NCBI RefSeq assembly: GCF_001194135.2
Contig: NC_068986.1
Coordinates: 37,213,667-37,277,666, forward strand
Direction of reading: 5' to 3'
From: Octopus bimaculoides
Taxonomy: Eukaryota
DNA: 64,000 nucleotides
In this document: in pieces, positions 61,301 through 64,000 of the stretch
How positions within the stretch are numbered: position 1 is the stretch's first letter
Layout of the letters: the number at the start of each line of letters is the position of its first letter
Notes under the pieces: model-generated
Seen by the model: only the letters and a program-made list of their open reading frames with translations
Told to the model about the DNA's origin: nothing
Databases searched by the model: none
Made by a program: the position numbers and the translations under genes

Positions 61301-62281
61301 CAACCGGACGAGCTTCGATACAATTTCCGCTTGTCCATTTCCCTCACAAGGTTAAAGTAAAAGACACATACACAAAATGCCCCGGGTACTTATTATTATG
61401 AAGTGAACTTGTAAACTCGGTTGTACGTGTGTATATATGTATATGGATATAAGTATGTATTATGCATACACGCAGAAACACAAATCACAGAAATATGAAG
61501 ACAAAACAAGAAACAAAAGCCATGAACAAGAAAATAAAGAAAAATATAATTAAATATTAAATAAATGGTGTATGGTGCTATTTTGTTAGCATTAGTAATC
61601 TGTTAAAACCCACAGAAGTGACTAGTAATGACTTAATTGAACATGGACTCTGACGAAACATTTTGCTTTTCTTCTTTGCTATGTAAATGACTAACCACTT
61701 CATTAGTCATACATATTGCGACTAACCAACAAAATTTCTCAAAGGTAATATAAAACTTTAATTACTACAAATCCTAAACTTTTCGTTTGTTGATATATTA
61801 ATTTATGCCACTGTAGGCTGGTTAGTAATGTGAAATTGCAATAGATTTTATTTTTCTATTTTATTTCTGTTTTACTTGTAGCTATCTTCTTAGTCAGAGA
61901 AAAACGATGTGCACACATACTCCTCTAAGTTTCTGAAAAACATGGGAAGACCTTAGAAAATTGCGCTTAGACCGAAAACGTGTCCTGAATGTTTACAACA
62001 CAGTGGGCTTTGCTTATGTCATCCAAATGCCAAGTAGAGGTGATGATAGTAGCAATGGTAAGTAGAACGACAGATGAAGCTTATCGTCAAAGAACAGAAA
62101 CGATTCATCCACTAAGCCTCTAAACAGTTTCCGTCTCCCATATGTCACTCATAAGGCATTGTTACCCCGACGTTATGGTAGAAAACACTTGCTCAAAATA
62201 CCATCCAATTGGATTGAACTCTAAATCGCGTAGCTGTAAAGCAGATTTGTTAGTTACTCGGCCAAGAGCATTTTTCTATTA

Positions 62282-62503
62282 CAGTACTTTACAACCGGGG
62301 CCCATATAAGATTTTGCTGTCAAAAATTATGCGCAATAAATTGATCATACTTCTACAAAACAAGATTTTAACAGATTTTTTACAATTCCTAATAAAATAT
62401 AAAAATGTAATTGGATTTTTTTTTAATTAAATTGCTTGGAGAGTTCATCTCACTAAAATAAGAATCAAAGCTGTCCATAGGTTAAAAATCGTTGAGAACC
62501 AGT
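62282..62503. mobile_element. hAT-type MITE, homolog of 45075-45331
   Basis: CAACCGGGGCCCATATAAGATTTTG...TCCATAGG...GTTGAGAACCA. Confidence 0.7.
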
Positions 62504-62574
62504 TACAATTCCATTCATACATAGAATACTTTCTATAAAACATTAAATCGATTCTAAGACTTGAGTGACACCTC

Positions 62575-62715
62575 ATTTTATCGAATCTATTGTAGAAGAT
62601 GAAAGGAAAAGTTGACCGAACTCGCGGGATTCGAACACAGTACGTTTTACGATAGTAGCTAAATATGGCGGCAATTTTGTTCGACGCTTTAACGACTCTG
62701 CTAATCCATTGCCTA
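62575..62715 (-). mobile_element. SINE family C, decayed
   Basis: GATGAAAGGAAAAGTTGACC...GGATTCGAAC...TTAACGACTCTGCTAA. Confidence 0.55.
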
Positions 62716-64000
62716 TCGTTCTTGGATTTGTCCCAGTTTTCACATCTTTAAGCCGTACAAATTTCCGACCATGTCGCCGCCTCGCTGCTTCATGAAAAGA
62801 TCTGGCAGAATAGATTAGGTCAGTGAAGTATAACACGTCACGGCATGTGTTTGATATACGTCGTAGGATCGGCCATTGAGTATCAAATGTCTTTGCCCTA
62901 GACACAGCCTGGCGTCATTAATGCAATGCAGATTCACAGAAATTTTGACCGGAAGTCTGGCAGCCAGGATGACACGAACAAATATGGCCACCTACCGAAC
63001 ACAGTAAGACCTAAAAAAGAGTAGGGTCGGCTCCTTTTTCCAATTATTTTGTCAATTTTATTGAATTTTTTTGAATTTTTTTTATTAATAACAGCCACTT
63101 TTCAAGATTTAGTATTTGTTATTTAACCACATGACCTCTTTGTTCGAACTGACCTGGAATCGAAAGATATTTGTTCCAACTCAGATTGTCTCAACATTTT
63201 TTCAGATAAAATATCGATGACCACGTTGTCAGTGTACATAAGCGTTTTATCTGAGGGAGTGTTGGCTTCTGTTTCTGAAAGACTGAGTGACAATACAATG
63301 GCTCCTTCATTGGCTTACTCAAGGTTTAATTGCTGTTTTAGTGTTTAATTGTTATTTAGCTCCAAGTCAGCTCTGATCGAAGAAACCTATAATGAAAAGC
63401 GTTTCAGTCGTGTCTATCCCATCTTTTTGTATAGTTACAACTGTATTTTCCACGCGTTCTTCCTTTTTCAATACGGTAGCGCGTGAGTTGCTATCTCCTT
63501 GACTTATGGCATGTATTTATGTACTACGTGCATGTGATGACTATATTTTTGCCCGTCGTCCGATTCTGGCCAACTACAAGATGCATACTCTTCATAATCA
63601 TCAAAGATGGGTGTACATGCGCGCGTTCTGGGAATTCTGGTCCTGCTAATATCTATATCTAGTGACCTGAGATCGTTGAGTAAGTGACTATGACTCTAAG
63701 CCGATCACATACATAAATGCCTTCCACTTCGTGTCCGACTAAGTTAATGGGAGAAAAAAAAAATGGAAAGATCACTTCTTTGCTCTAGTTGAACGGCGGG
63801 TTATAGGGTTTTCTCGGTCTTCGAAAGGGGTTCCTTAAAATGCTTTGATAACATGTTTTCTTTGTTGACTCCTAACGCAGTCCTACGTCAAAATGATCTT
63901 TTGCTCTGTGTATATTCTTGTAGTGTGAGTCGGTCTACAGGCATAGTCTTCTTTGTAGTGTTTTTCCGTAGTTGTTCAAAACCTTCCCCTTTTAGCATAC

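Noticed and set aside
998-62905. All ORFs in the supplied six-frame track as host genes
   Set aside because: They are short and dominated by microsatellite translations (HTHT, YIYI, LSLS, CVCV), SINE/MITE sequence or runs of X across gaps. None shows a recognisable domain or coherent exon chain.

Overview
AT-rich, microsatellite-dense eukaryotic non-coding DNA (intergenic or a very large intron) with 12 assembly gaps (about 4.7 kb of N). The SINE families resemble those I recall from Octopus genomes (inference, not database-checked). I find no intact protein-coding gene, tRNA, rRNA or CRISPR array. The supplied ORFs are microsatellite, repeat or N-gap artefacts. The window is mostly three tRNA-derived SINE groups (A, B, C), a recurring AAC-tailed repeat (D), many MITEs (Tc1/mariner, hAT, Merlin-like, Mutator-like) and decayed TE coding remnants (a Merlin/IS1016-type transposase and two RTE-like LINE pieces). 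The most interesting signals are RNA-structural. (1) A near-canonical type I hammerhead ribozyme with an extended, bulged stem I at 17037-17113. (2) An inverted pair of Penelope-type minimal hammerheads at 35790-36035. (3) A 23-bp pre-miRNA-like hairpin heading a hairpin cluster at 55295-55460. Also notable is a 405-bp MITE carrying head-to-head telomeric repeats with a 10-bp target-site duplication (43336-43740). Boundaries of decayed repeats are approximate.
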